Translations under genes and position numbers: made by a program
Notes under the pieces: model-generated
Database searches by the model: none
The model's input: the letters and a program-made list of their open reading frames with translations, nothing else
Told to the model about the DNA's origin: nothing
In this document: one piece after another, positions 9,814 through 19,900 of the stretch
Numbering within the stretch: the first letter of the stretch is position 1
How the letters are laid out: every line of letters starts with the position of its first letter
NCBI GenBank assembly: GCA_964371535.1
Contig: CAYJMH010000010.1
Span: 2,607-66,606 of the forward strand
DNA: 64,000 nucleotides
Source of the DNA: an uncultured Bacteroides sp.
GTDB taxonomy: Bacteria; Bacillota; Clostridia; Oscillospirales; Ruminococcaceae
Direction: 5' to 3'

Positions 9814-10658
9814 TGCACTGCCTCCAATTCTTGTAATTTAGCGCTAAGCTCATTTATTGCTGTTTCACGCTCTTCGGCATTTGGCGCTTTGCCGTGCCAT
9901 TCGGCATCGTTTTCCATAAAGCTTACGCCTTTGCCTTTTGTAGTAAGCATTAAAATTGCAGTTGGCTTGCCTTTTGTGGCTTTTGCGTGCGCAAAGGCAG
10001 CCTCAATCTCGTTGAAATCGTGCCCGTTTATTACTTGCACTTCAAACCCAAAAGACTCCATTTTCTTGTCAATAGGTGATGTATTCATAACATCTTTAGT
10101 TGCTCCGTCAATTTGCAGGCCGTTTATGTCAATAATAACACATAAGTTATCTAAGTTGTAGTGTGAAGCAAAAAGAAACGCTTCCCAGCACTCGCCCTCT
10201 GCAATTTCACCGTCGCCAAGAAGCGTGTAAACACGGCAATCATTTTCGATGAATTTTGCAGCTTTTGCCATGCCCACAGCAACAGAAACGCCCTGACCCA
10301 AACTGCCTGTGCTCATGTCAACGCCGGGCACAGTGTTCATGTTTGGGTGGCCTTGTAAATAGCTGTCAATATGGCGGAAAGTCGGCAAGTCATCAACAGG
10401 GAAAAAACCACGGTGGGCAAGCGCCGAATAAAGCCCGGGTGTTGTGTGGCCTTTGCTTAAAACAAAGCGGTCTCTTTTGTCCCACTTGGGATTTGTTGTG
10501 TCAATGCGCAGTTCTTTGTTATAAAGGTATGTAAACATATCGGCAGAAGAAAGGCTTCCACCGGGGTGCCCGGCTTTCGCGCCAAATGTGCTTTCAATAA
10601 CACCCATTCTAACTTTGCATGCAATTTTTTGCAACGCAAGCACTTCAGTGTTGTTCAT
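9810..10658 (-). CDS. transketolase, N-terminal TPP-binding subunit
   Basis: GHPGGSLS, RDRFVLSKGH, STGSLGQG, GDGEIAEG, WHGKAP motifs. Confidence 0.93.
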   Translation of the reverse strand: MNNTEVLALQKIACKVRMGVIESTFGAKAGHPGGSLSSADMFTYLYNKELRIDTTNPKWDKRDRFVLSKGHTTPGLYSALAHRGFFPVDDLPTFRHIDSYLQGHPNMNTVPGVDMSTGSLGQGVSVAVGMAKAAKFIENDCRVYTLLGDGEIAEGECWEAFLFASHYNLDNLCVIIDINGLQIDGATKDVMNTSPIDKKMESFGFEVQVINGHDFNEIEAAFAHAKATKGKPTAILMLTTKGKGVSFMENDAEWHGKAPNAEERETAINELSAKLQELEAVQ

Positions 10659-10886
10659 TTTTACCCTCCACTATTGTAATTTTAAAAGCGGGAATGTATG
10701 TAAAATTCTCGCATAACAGAAATATTATAAAATAAAGAAAACGTTTAGTCAATTATTTAAGGAAAATAGCAATAATTAAATTGAAAATTTAACTGTAATA
10801 TGTTAAGATTATATTAACAATATCAAAGCTTGCACATTTGTGCAAATTTATCTGCATTTGGTTTTTCGAATTTAAAGGAGAGCACT

Positions 10887-12407
10887 ATGAGCTATGTAAT
10901 AGAAATGGTTGGAATAACAAAAGAATTTCCCGGCATTGTTGCAAATGACAATATTACTTTACAGCTAGAGAAGGGTGAAATTCACGCACTGTTGGGCGAG
11001 AACGGCGCAGGTAAAAGTACGCTTATGAGTGTCCTTTTTGGAATGTACACGCCTGAGAAGGGCGAAATTCTTTTGAACGGCAAGCCTGTGAAAATACAAG
11101 ACCCTAAAGATGCAACAAAGCATGGAATAGGCATGGTGCACCAGCATTTTAAACTTGTGCACAATTTTACGGTACTGCAAAATATAATTCTGGGCAGCGA
11201 GAGCACAAAATACGGCGTACTTAAAATGGAAGACGCGCGCAATAAAGTGCTGAAACTGAGCGAACAATATGGCCTTATGGTGGACCCTGATGCGGTAATT
11301 AGTGAAATAAGTGTTGGAATGCAGCAGCGTGTTGAAATATTAAAGATGCTTTACAGAGATAATGAAATTTTGATTTTTGACGAACCGACCGCAGTTTTAA
11401 CACCACAAGAAATTGAAGAACTTATGCAAATAATGAAAGACCTAACTGCTGAGGGCAAAAGTATACTGTTTATAACGCATAAGCTTAATGAAATAAAAGC
11501 CGTTGCAAGTAGGTGCACTGTTTTAAGAAAAGGCAAGGGCATAGGCACTGTGGAAGTTGAAAGCACAACAAAAGAAGAGCTTAGTGAAATGATGGTTGGG
11601 CGCAAAGTTAATTTAAGCGTTGATAAAGACATTGCAAAGCCCGGCGAAGAAGTATTGAGGGCTGCCAATATAAGTGTGCGCAGCAAAGGCAGCACTAAAA
11701 ACAAGGTAAATGATGTTAGCTTTAACGTGCGCAAAGGCGAAATTGTGTGCATTGCGGGAATTGACGGCAACGGACAAAGCGAGCTTGTTTACGCACTTGC
11801 CGGCATAGAACCGCCACAACACGGCAGCATTTATTTGAACGGTGAGGATATTACGGCCAGCTCAATAAGAAAGCGGAACCATTCAGGGCTGTCACACATT
11901 CCCGAGGATAGGCACCGCTATGGCCTTGTACTTGACTATTCGCTTGCGTACAATTGCATTTTGAAAAACTATTATTTGCCTGAATATTGCAAAAGTGGAT
12001 TTTTAAGGTACGACAAAATTTACGAATACGCCGACAAGCTTATAAATAATTTTGATATACGCTCAGGACAGGGCGCGAAGACAGTTACAAGAAGCATGTC
12101 CGGCGGAAACCAGCAAAAAGCCATTGTTGCAAGGGAAATTGACAGAGACCCGTCTGTGCTTATTGCAGTACAGCCTACAAGAGGGCTGGACGTTGGGGCC
12201 ATAGAGTATATACACAAAACAATTGTAAAGCAAAGAGACGAGGGCAAAGGAATTTTGCTTATAAGCCTAGAGCTTGACGAAGTTATGGAACTATCTGACA
12301 GAATACTTGTTATGTTTGAGGGCGAAATTGTGGCAGAGCTTGACCCTAAAGAAATAACTGTTAATGAACTGGGGCTTTATATGTCGGGCTCTAAAAGGAG
12401 GCAGTGA
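10887..12407 (+). CDS. nucleoside/sugar ABC transporter ATP-binding protein (NupA-like, two NBDs)
   Basis: GENGAGKST, DEPTAVL, SGGNQQK, QPTRGLD; SD AAGGAG before ATG 10887. Confidence 0.9.
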   Translation: MSYVIEMVGITKEFPGIVANDNITLQLEKGEIHALLGENGAGKSTLMSVLFGMYTPEKGEILLNGKPVKIQDPKDATKHGIGMVHQHFKLVHNFTVLQNIILGSESTKYGVLKMEDARNKVLKLSEQYGLMVDPDAVISEISVGMQQRVEILKMLYRDNEILIFDEPTAVLTPQEIEELMQIMKDLTAEGKSILFITHKLNEIKAVASRCTVLRKGKGIGTVEVESTTKEELSEMMVGRKVNLSVDKDIAKPGEEVLRAANISVRSKGSTKNKVNDVSFNVRKGEIVCIAGIDGNGQSELVYALAGIEPPQHGSIYLNGEDITASSIRKRNHSGLSHIPEDRHRYGLVLDYSLAYNCILKNYYLPEYCKSGFLRYDKIYEYADKLINNFDIRSGQGAKTVTRSMSGGNQQKAIVAREIDRDPSVLIAVQPTRGLDVGAIEYIHKTIVKQRDEGKGILLISLELDEVMELSDRILVMFEGEIVAELDPKEITVNELGLYMSGSKRRQ

Positions 12408-12408
12408 A

Positions 12409-13626
12409 ATGAATAACAAAAATGCTTTTTTACACAAAGCTATGAACAGTAACGGCGTGTGGTCGTTCATCTCTTCACTGCTTGCTATATTAAGCGGGCT
12501 TATTGTGGGGCTTGTAATTCTTTTAATCACAAACCCATCAAGCGCCTTTGGAGGCTTTGCCTCAATACTTGTGGGCGGCTTTGTAAGTATGCGGGACATG
12601 GGGCAGGTTTTTTATACTGCCACGCCTATTATTTTAACAGGTTTAAGCGTTTGCTTTGCATATAAAACAGGGCTTTTTAATATTGGTGCTTCGGGGCAAT
12701 TTATTATTGGCGCTTTTGCTGCTGTATTTGTTGGCGTTAAGTTTACATTTATACCCGGGCCGTTGCTTTGGATAACATGTCTTTTGGCGGCAATGGTTGC
12801 AGGTGCACTTTGGGGTGTAGTGCCGGGCATTTTAAATGCCGCAAGCAATGTAAACATTGTTATTGCTTGTATTATGATGAACTATATTGGTATGTATTTT
12901 GTTAACCTGCTAATAATGGAAACGATTTTCGACTCTTTTAGAAATCAATCGCTTTCTGTTGCGACAAACGCAAACGCGCCAAAACTTGGGCTTGACTTAA
13001 TATTCCGCAACAATAACGCAGTTTCAAGTGTTAACGCAGGTATTTTTGTTGCAATAATTGCAGGCATAGTGCTATATTATTTAATAGAAAAGACAAAATT
13101 CGGTTACGAGCTGAAAGCATGCGGCCTTAATAGAGATGCAGCGAAATATGCAGGCATTAATGAGAAAAAAAGTATAGTGTACTCTATGGCAATTTCGGGT
13201 GCGGTTGCCGGGCTTGGCGGTGCATGCCTTTACCTTTCCGGTGCAGGCAAAAGCATTGAAGTTGTAGACGTGCTTGCCGCAGAGGGCTTCCAAGGCATAC
13301 CTGTTGCACTTCTTGGCATGAACCACCCAATTGGCGTTATTGCCTCGGGCATATTTATTGCATATTTAGAACAAGGCGGTTTCAATATGCAAAGTTATGG
13401 GTTTGCACCACAGATTATTGAAATTATCACGTCGGTTATTATTTATTTTTCGGCTTTTGCACTTGTTTTGCGCGGTGTTATACGGCGCTATTATACAAAA
13501 AAATTCGGTAATACTGCCACTGTGGCGCCCGGTGTGAAAGAAAATGGCGATAAAAGTGTGGACAGCGGCAATGATGACAAGGCAAAGAGCGTTGAAAAAA
13601 TAAGTGAAAGGGGCGATGAGAAATGA
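12409..13626 (+). CDS. nucleoside ABC transporter permease (NupB-like)
   Basis: GLFNIGASGQ, TKFGYELKACG, GFQGIPVALLG; SD AGGAGG. Confidence 0.88.
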   Translation: MNNKNAFLHKAMNSNGVWSFISSLLAILSGLIVGLVILLITNPSSAFGGFASILVGGFVSMRDMGQVFYTATPIILTGLSVCFAYKTGLFNIGASGQFIIGAFAAVFVGVKFTFIPGPLLWITCLLAAMVAGALWGVVPGILNAASNVNIVIACIMMNYIGMYFVNLLIMETIFDSFRNQSLSVATNANAPKLGLDLIFRNNNAVSSVNAGIFVAIIAGIVLYYLIEKTKFGYELKACGLNRDAAKYAGINEKKSIVYSMAISGAVAGLGGACLYLSGAGKSIEVVDVLAAEGFQGIPVALLGMNHPIGVIASGIFIAYLEQGGFNMQSYGFAPQIIEIITSVIIYFSAFALVLRGVIRRYYTKKFGNTATVAPGVKENGDKSVDSGNDDKAKSVEKISERGDEK

Positions 13627-14606
13627 TTGATTTTAACAATCTTGTACAAGAGATTTACTTTCTTTTTCAACAAACAATGTTTTTCTCAATTCCTCTTCTT
13701 GTTGTGGCGCTTGGCGGCATGTTCAGCGAGCGCGGAGGCGTTGTAAATATTGCGCTTGAGGGCATAATGATTATTGGCGCATTTTCCGGTATTTTGTTTA
13801 TAGACGCAATGCAAGTTGCAGGTGTACCAATTAATCCTCAGTTTCTTCTAATAATAGCACTTCTCATTGCTGCTGTGTCAGGCGTTATTATTTCGCTTGC
13901 ACATGCATATGCATCAATAAACATGATAGCAGACCAAGTTATTAGCGGAACGGCAATTAACATGTTTGCGCCGGCATTTGCAATATTTGTTGCACGTGCA
14001 ATAAGGCAAGTGCAACAAGTGCCGTTTAAAAATACGTTTAGAATTAAAAGCATACCGCTTTTAAGTGACATACCGGTTTTGGGCCCGCTTTTATTCCAAG
14101 ACACGTATATAACAACATTTTTATGCCTTGCAATGCTTTTTATAAGTGCTTTTGTACTTTTTAAAACACGCTTTGGGTTAAGGTTGCGCTCTTGCGGCGA
14201 GCACCCACAATCTGCCGACAGCGTTGGTATAAGCGTTGCAAAAATGCGCTATGCCGGCGTTGCAATTTCGGGTGCGCTTGCAGGCATTGGTGGCCTTGTG
14301 TTTGTAATACCAACATCTGTTAACTTTAATGCAAGTGTTGCAGGTTACGGCTTTTTAGCATTGGCTGTTTTAATTTTTGGCCAATGGAACCCATTCAGAA
14401 TACTTCTTGCGGCATTTTTCTTCGGGCTTATGCAAACAATTTCGTCGGCAAATTCGGGAATATCGTTTTTGGCTGCCATGGATATACCAAACGATATTTA
14501 TAAAATTATACCATATGCGGCAACACTTATTGTTTTGGCATTTACAAGCCGTAATTCTGCCGCACCTAAGGCTGTTGGCATACCATACGACAAAGGCGTT
14601 AGGTAG
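13623..14606 (+). CDS. nucleoside ABC transporter permease (NupC-like)
   Basis: SERGGVVNIALEG, GLRLRSCGEHP, GFLALAVLIFGQW motifs. Confidence 0.9.
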   Translation: MIDFNNLVQEIYFLFQQTMFFSIPLLVVALGGMFSERGGVVNIALEGIMIIGAFSGILFIDAMQVAGVPINPQFLLIIALLIAAVSGVIISLAHAYASINMIADQVISGTAINMFAPAFAIFVARAIRQVQQVPFKNTFRIKSIPLLSDIPVLGPLLFQDTYITTFLCLAMLFISAFVLFKTRFGLRLRSCGEHPQSADSVGISVAKMRYAGVAISGALAGIGGLVFVIPTSVNFNASVAGYGFLALAVLIFGQWNPFRILLAAFFFGLMQTISSANSGISFLAAMDIPNDIYKIIPYAATLIVLAFTSRNSAAPKAVGIPYDKGVR

Positions 14607-14615
14607 GGTTTAGAT

Positions 14616-15938
14616 ATGAGAATGTATGACATAATTGAAAAAAAGCGCGACGGCGAAACTTTAAGCGAACAAGAAATTGATTTTTTCGTCCAGGGCTATT
14701 CAAGCGGAAGCATACCGCACGAACAAGCGGCGGCACTTTGCATGGCAATTTATTTTAACGGAATGGATATGAATGAAATATCGCTTTTGACTGCCGCAAT
14801 GGCAAGAAGCGGCGATATGGTAGATTTGTCTGCAATAGACGGCGTGAAAGTAGATAAGCACTCTACCGGTGGTGTGGGTGACAAAACAACGCTTGTAATT
14901 GCGCCAATACTTGCAGCGTGCGGCGTGAAAGTTGCAAAAATGAGCGGCAGGGGACTTGGCCACACAGGCGGAACACTTGATAAAATAGAATCAATACCGG
15001 GTGCCAGTGTTGACATTGGCGAGGATGATTTTATAAACCAAGTTAAAAATATTGGGCTTGCTGTAATTGGGCAAACGGCAGACATTGCACCGGCTGATAA
15101 AAAACTATACGCGTTGAGAGACGTTACAGCCACAGTGCCCAGCGTGCCACTTATTGCAAGCAGTATTATGAGCAAAAAGCTTGCCAGCGGCGCAGACTGT
15201 ATTTTGCTTGACGTGAAAACGGGAAGCGGCGCTTTTATGAAGACCACACAAGAGGCAATTGGGCTTGCAAAGACAATGGTGCAGATAGGCGAGCGCAACA
15301 ACAAACGCACTGCCGCCATTATAACAGACATGGACACGCCGTTGGGGCAAAACGTGGGCAATAGCCTTGAAGTTATTGAAGCAGTTAATACACTTAACGG
15401 GTGCGGCCCTGAAGATTTAGCGACAGTTTGCAAAGTTCTGTGTGAAAAATTGCTGATACTTGCAAATTTTGGAAGCGAAGAGCAGTGCAAAAGTGCTGTT
15501 GAAAATACGTTTGAAAGCAAAGCGGGCGTTGACAAGATTGTACAGATGATTAAAATGCAAGGCGGAGACACAAGCGTTATTTTCGACACCGATAAGTTCA
15601 AAAAAGCAAAGCACGCACATTTAATTAAAGCGCCGAAACAGGGCTTTATATATAGTATGGACACAGAAAATATAGGCAAAACAGCCGTTATTTTAGGTGC
15701 AGGGCGCGAAAAGAAAGAAGACGGCATTGATTTTGCGGCCGGCATTAGTATATACAAAAAAACCGGCGATTTTGTGAACACAGGCGAAGTTATTGCTGAA
15801 ATTTTTACAGACAGAGAGACCACACTTTTAAGTGCCGAGCAAAACTATTTAAACAGTATAAATATTGAAGAAAGTGCACCACCAAAGCAAAAACTTATTC
15901 TGGCGTATGTGGATATTAACGGCGCCGTGCAATATTAA
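14616..15938 (+). CDS. pdp: pyrimidine-nucleoside phosphorylase
   Basis: DKHSTGGVGDK, KMSGRGLGHTGGT, SIMSKK, DVKTGSGAFMK motifs. Confidence 0.95.
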   Translation: MRMYDIIEKKRDGETLSEQEIDFFVQGYSSGSIPHEQAAALCMAIYFNGMDMNEISLLTAAMARSGDMVDLSAIDGVKVDKHSTGGVGDKTTLVIAPILAACGVKVAKMSGRGLGHTGGTLDKIESIPGASVDIGEDDFINQVKNIGLAVIGQTADIAPADKKLYALRDVTATVPSVPLIASSIMSKKLASGADCILLDVKTGSGAFMKTTQEAIGLAKTMVQIGERNNKRTAAIITDMDTPLGQNVGNSLEVIEAVNTLNGCGPEDLATVCKVLCEKLLILANFGSEEQCKSAVENTFESKAGVDKIVQMIKMQGGDTSVIFDTDKFKKAKHAHLIKAPKQGFIYSMDTENIGKTAVILGAGREKKEDGIDFAAGISIYKKTGDFVNTGEVIAEIFTDRETTLLSAEQNYLNSINIEESAPPKQKLILAYVDINGAVQY

Positions 15939-15940
15939 AC

Positions 15941-15994
15941 AAAAAAGCGGCTGCCAATGTGTAAATGAAATACACCTTGGCAGCCGCATGTTTT
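15941..15994. terminator. probable bidirectional terminator
   Basis: GCGGCTGCCAA...TTGGCAGCCGC stem with A-run before and T-run after, between convergent genes. Confidence 0.7.
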
Positions 15995-16061
15995 ATTAAA
16001 ATTATTATGGCATGTTGTCGTTACCGTGCACAGTGCAGACAATGTCGATACTGCCCGGCGA

Positions 16062-16712
16062 TTACTCTTCTTGTGGCTGTGGGTTTAAAAGTTTATCGAA
16101 CTCACCCATAACATGGTTGAAAGTGTCCATAGTTATGTCAGGCATACCCTCGCCGGTTTCAATGTTAAGGCCTGCGGCCTCAAAACCTTTTATAACGGCT
16201 TCGCGCATCTCCTCCAGAACTTCAGGGCTGTTTGCGGCAAATGTTGTTGCCATTTTCATTATGCGCCCGGACACTGCCTCTATTGAGTATGCGCCGCCCT
16301 CGGATATGCTTGCAAGAGCACCCTCAGGTGTTGTAGCAGGTGTGGGCAATGCATTTTCAAGGCTACCAAATATTTGTGTAAGTATATTTGCCGAAGATGC
16401 ACTAAATTCAAAGCCGGCATGTGTTACAGTATTTTGTCCAGCCTGAATTGAAACGTTTTTTTCAACCATGGCGGCAAAAAATTCAAGTTTTGATTGCTCT
16501 TGCTCATCAACAAGTGCTTCTATTTGTTCATTTGTCAGTTTTTTTGGTGGCTCATATGTTAAGCTTTCTGCCGTCTCACTTTTCTTTTCAAAAGTGTCAA
16601 CGTTTTTTGCGTTTACGGTTGCAGCAACTTCAACGTCTTTTTCCAATAATGTTTGTGCATTTGTGTATGGTGTTAAGTTTGCTGCAGTGCCTTGTACGCC
16701 TGTTATATTCAT
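16062..16712 (-). CDS. hypothetical soluble protein (resembles DUF5610-like proteins of flagellated bacteria)
   Basis: 216 aa, GGAG SD; C-terminal EAVSGRI...MREAVIKGFEAA...PDITMDT segment; family assignment tentative. Confidence 0.55.
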   Translation of the reverse strand: MNITGVQGTAANLTPYTNAQTLLEKDVEVAATVNAKNVDTFEKKSETAESLTYEPPKKLTNEQIEALVDEQEQSKLEFFAAMVEKNVSIQAGQNTVTHAGFEFSASSANILTQIFGSLENALPTPATTPEGALASISEGGAYSIEAVSGRIMKMATTFAANSPEVLEEMREAVIKGFEAAGLNIETGEGMPDITMDTFNHVMGEFDKLLNPQPQEE

Positions 16713-16844
16713 GTTAATTCTCCGTTCTGCCGCTTTATATTATAATAAAAAAGCTACCCCCACAGCGGCCAAGGCAGAGGTTTTGTTTCTTCCAAAAATT
16801 GCTGTTAAGCCGGTTTTGAAAAGTGTCAAGTTTCTTATATAATA

Positions 16845-16871
16845 TTATCGTCATGTTTTATGGTAAAATTA
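16845..16871 (-). promoter_or_regulatory. sigma-28 (FliA/SigD)-like promoter
   Basis: Minus strand TAAT-N15-GACGATAA versus consensus TAAA-N15-GCCGATAA. Confidence 0.5.
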
Positions 16872-16984
16872 ATAAGCAGTTAAAATATTAAATTTGCAAT
16901 ACGCATACTTGTGAACGCACATTGTTAAAAAAGAACATGAAAACGTAAATTTTATGCGCATTAATAAATATTTCGGGGGTTAAA

Positions 16985-19900
16985 ATGAAATCAATATTTG
17001 TTTCAAGCACGTTTAGGGATATGCAAGCAGAGCGCGATGCACTTGTATTAAATGTTGTGCCGGGAATTGACACATATGCGGCGAATTTTGGGCAAAACAT
17101 ACGTTTTGTAGATTTGCGCTGGGGTGTTAACACAACCGATATGAATGCAGAGGAAAGCAGCCGTAAGGTACTTAAAGTTTGCCTTGATGAAATAGACAAA
17201 ACACGCCCATACATGATAATTTTAATAGGCGAGAGGTATGGCTGGATACCCGAGGATAAAGAGCTTATGCACCGTGTTGCAAAAGAAAAAGGGCATGAGC
17301 TTAAAAACGCCGAAAAAAGTGTTACCGAGCTGGAGATTGAGTACGGCGCACTTGGTGAAAAAGGTTTGCTTGAAAATTGCCTTTTCTATTTTAGAGAGCC
17401 GTTACCACAAGAAATAATACCGCAGGATGTTAAGGGTGCCTATATTGAGAAAGATGCCGAGCTTGAAAATAAACTACAAAACTTAAAACAGCGCATAAAA
17501 AGTGCAGGCGGTAAAATTAAACATTATACTGCACGGTGGAACGAAGAGAAAAAAGCACTTGACATACCGCGGAATTTTTGCGAAATGGTAGAAAATGACG
17601 TGAAGGCGCTTTTTGACGCAGAATTCAAGGAAACTGAAAACTTATTGCCAATTGAGCGTGAACAAATTTTTGCAATGCTTTTTGCACAGCAAAAGGCATT
17701 GCAGTTTGCCGCGCGTTTTGATTTGCTTCGTTTATTCACATCACTTATAATGTCACAAGACAAAAATTTGCTGCTTATTCGTGGCGCACCGGGAAGCGGG
17801 AAAAGCACAATAATGTCAAAATTAGCAGTTGATTTAATAGAAAAAGCAAACGTGTTTTTTTTCAGCTGTGGAAACACATCGCTGTCTCAAACAGTGTTTG
17901 ACATTGTGCGTGGCGCAGTGTATTACACCGAAACACTTTTAGGCAAAATTGAGCATTACGGTGAGGGAGAAAATGAAAAAAAGCACACATTTGCAGAGTG
18001 GGCAAGTTTGCTTGAAAATTTGTGCGGACAATATGGAGAAAAATATAAAAAGCCACTGCTGTTTTTTATAGATGCACTTGACCAGCTTGCACAAGACGAA
18101 GATACACGCGCGCTTAAATTTTTGCCGTATGTTTTGCCGCCTAACGTCACTTTTATAGTCTCGGCACTAAGCGACTATGAAACACGTGAAATGCACCCAT
18201 TACACGATAGATGTGCAAAAGAAGAGATTTTGCCGCTTCACGATGAGCAGCGTGCAAAAGTTGTGTATGGTATATTAGAAACGTATAGCAAGCAGTTAAA
18301 CAAGGGCGTGGTAGATGCACTTATTGCGGCAGAGGGCGCAACAAACCCGCTTTATATTAGCATGATGATACAGCGCCTTATAATGCTTGACAGTGACGAT
18401 TTTGGCGTTATAGCACAGTTTGGCAATGACATGAATGCAATAAACAAATTCCTTGTAGACACAATTAATTCAACGCCGAACACTGTTGAGGAAATGTCCG
18501 CAGAGGTACTGCGTGAGGCAGCACACCGTATTAATGAAGACATGATTCATGTGGCAGCATTAATTGCAACGTCAAGAAGAGGACTTAGGGAAAAAGACCT
18601 TGCCGAAATATTTAAGCTTGGTGGAAAAAACTGGCTAAGCGTTGACTTTGCAAGCTACATAAAATACTTGAAGCCGTTTTTCATACAAAGGCACGATGGA
18701 AGGCTTGATTTTACACACCGCACAATACGCCTTGGCTTTTTAAATCAAATTGATTTTAAAAAGTATAATGCGCAAATTTTAACATTGCTAAAACAAACAA
18801 ACTTAACGGACTCGTTAAGAATTTCCGAAACAATATACCATGCGCTGAAGCAAGAAGATTACAAGTTTGCAATTGAGCATGTTGCAGACATCGATTTGAA
18901 ATGCAGAGCAAAAAACGGCACTGAAATATCAACAACCGCAGATGAAATGTATGCAATGTCAGTTACAGAGGCACGATATGTTGATATGCTTCTTTTTGCG
19001 TTTAATAAAAGTACAGACAAATTTAAAACACGCAGAAATTGCAATTTCTTCAACTTTGTTATTAATGATTTTTACAATACATTTGGTGACTCGGACCTGG
19101 AAAAAGACTTGTTGGTAATGTTTTTAGAGCGCATTGTAATTTCGGCACAAAATCTGACAGGGCAGTTTACCAACAACGAGAAGCTGGATACAAACCTTTT
19201 TAAATGCTATGCAGAGCTTGCAAAAGTACACAGCTGGCGTAATATATATGATGATTTATTGGACATTGACTTCTATGACAGCAATTTAGCATATTTGCAA
19301 AAATGCAAAGATGCAGCTGTAACGCTTGTTAAACAATACAATACACTTAAATCAAGGTTGAATTTTTTTGAAATATATTATAAACTTGAAGACGACTGTT
19401 TTGGGTATGCAAGTTTGCTTAACATGAGTGCGACCGAGTTGGAGTTTCAGGCGATAAAAACGTATGAAAAGCTTGTGAACTGCGGCTATTACAATATGGT
19501 TGAGATGTATTGTAACTACTGTATGCGCTTTGCACAAAGGTTTACGAACAAATCTATTATAGCTGCTAAAATAGTGAAAGAAGCGTATGAGCTGACAAAA
19601 AATTTGCACAGCACTAAAGGCATAGGCACAGCGCAGTATGTAACTGCTGCGTTGAATTTGGCGTACATATATTATAGGGCGAATATGCTGTCAACGGCGC
19701 AGCCATATTTTTTAGAGGCGCTTGGCGTTTGCGAAGAGTTAGTTCGTCTAAATTCTTCTGCGAAAAACTACTTACTTTATGCGAAAACATTAAGGTATTA
19801 TGGGCTTTGCCTCTCAAAGGGCGGCATGAGCAAGCAGGCTATTGAACACCATACAAAAAGCATAGAGATAAGCGATAAATATATTATCACAATAGGAAAT

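Noticed and set aside
14604..14618. General TAG recoding (permease-pdp and hom-thrB junctions are also in frame across TAG)
   Set aside because: Both upstream proteins end at normal family length, and many genes here end properly at TAG with no internal ambers, so the code looks standard.
14750..15823. 357-aa antisense ORF
   Set aside because: Lies opposite pdp, has no motifs or SD; codon-bias shadow.
16713..16840. c-di-GMP-I riboswitch in the leader of the orphan gene
   Set aside because: Lacks the GGCAAA..GAAA..GACGCAAA pattern; only a vague resemblance in the distal stem.
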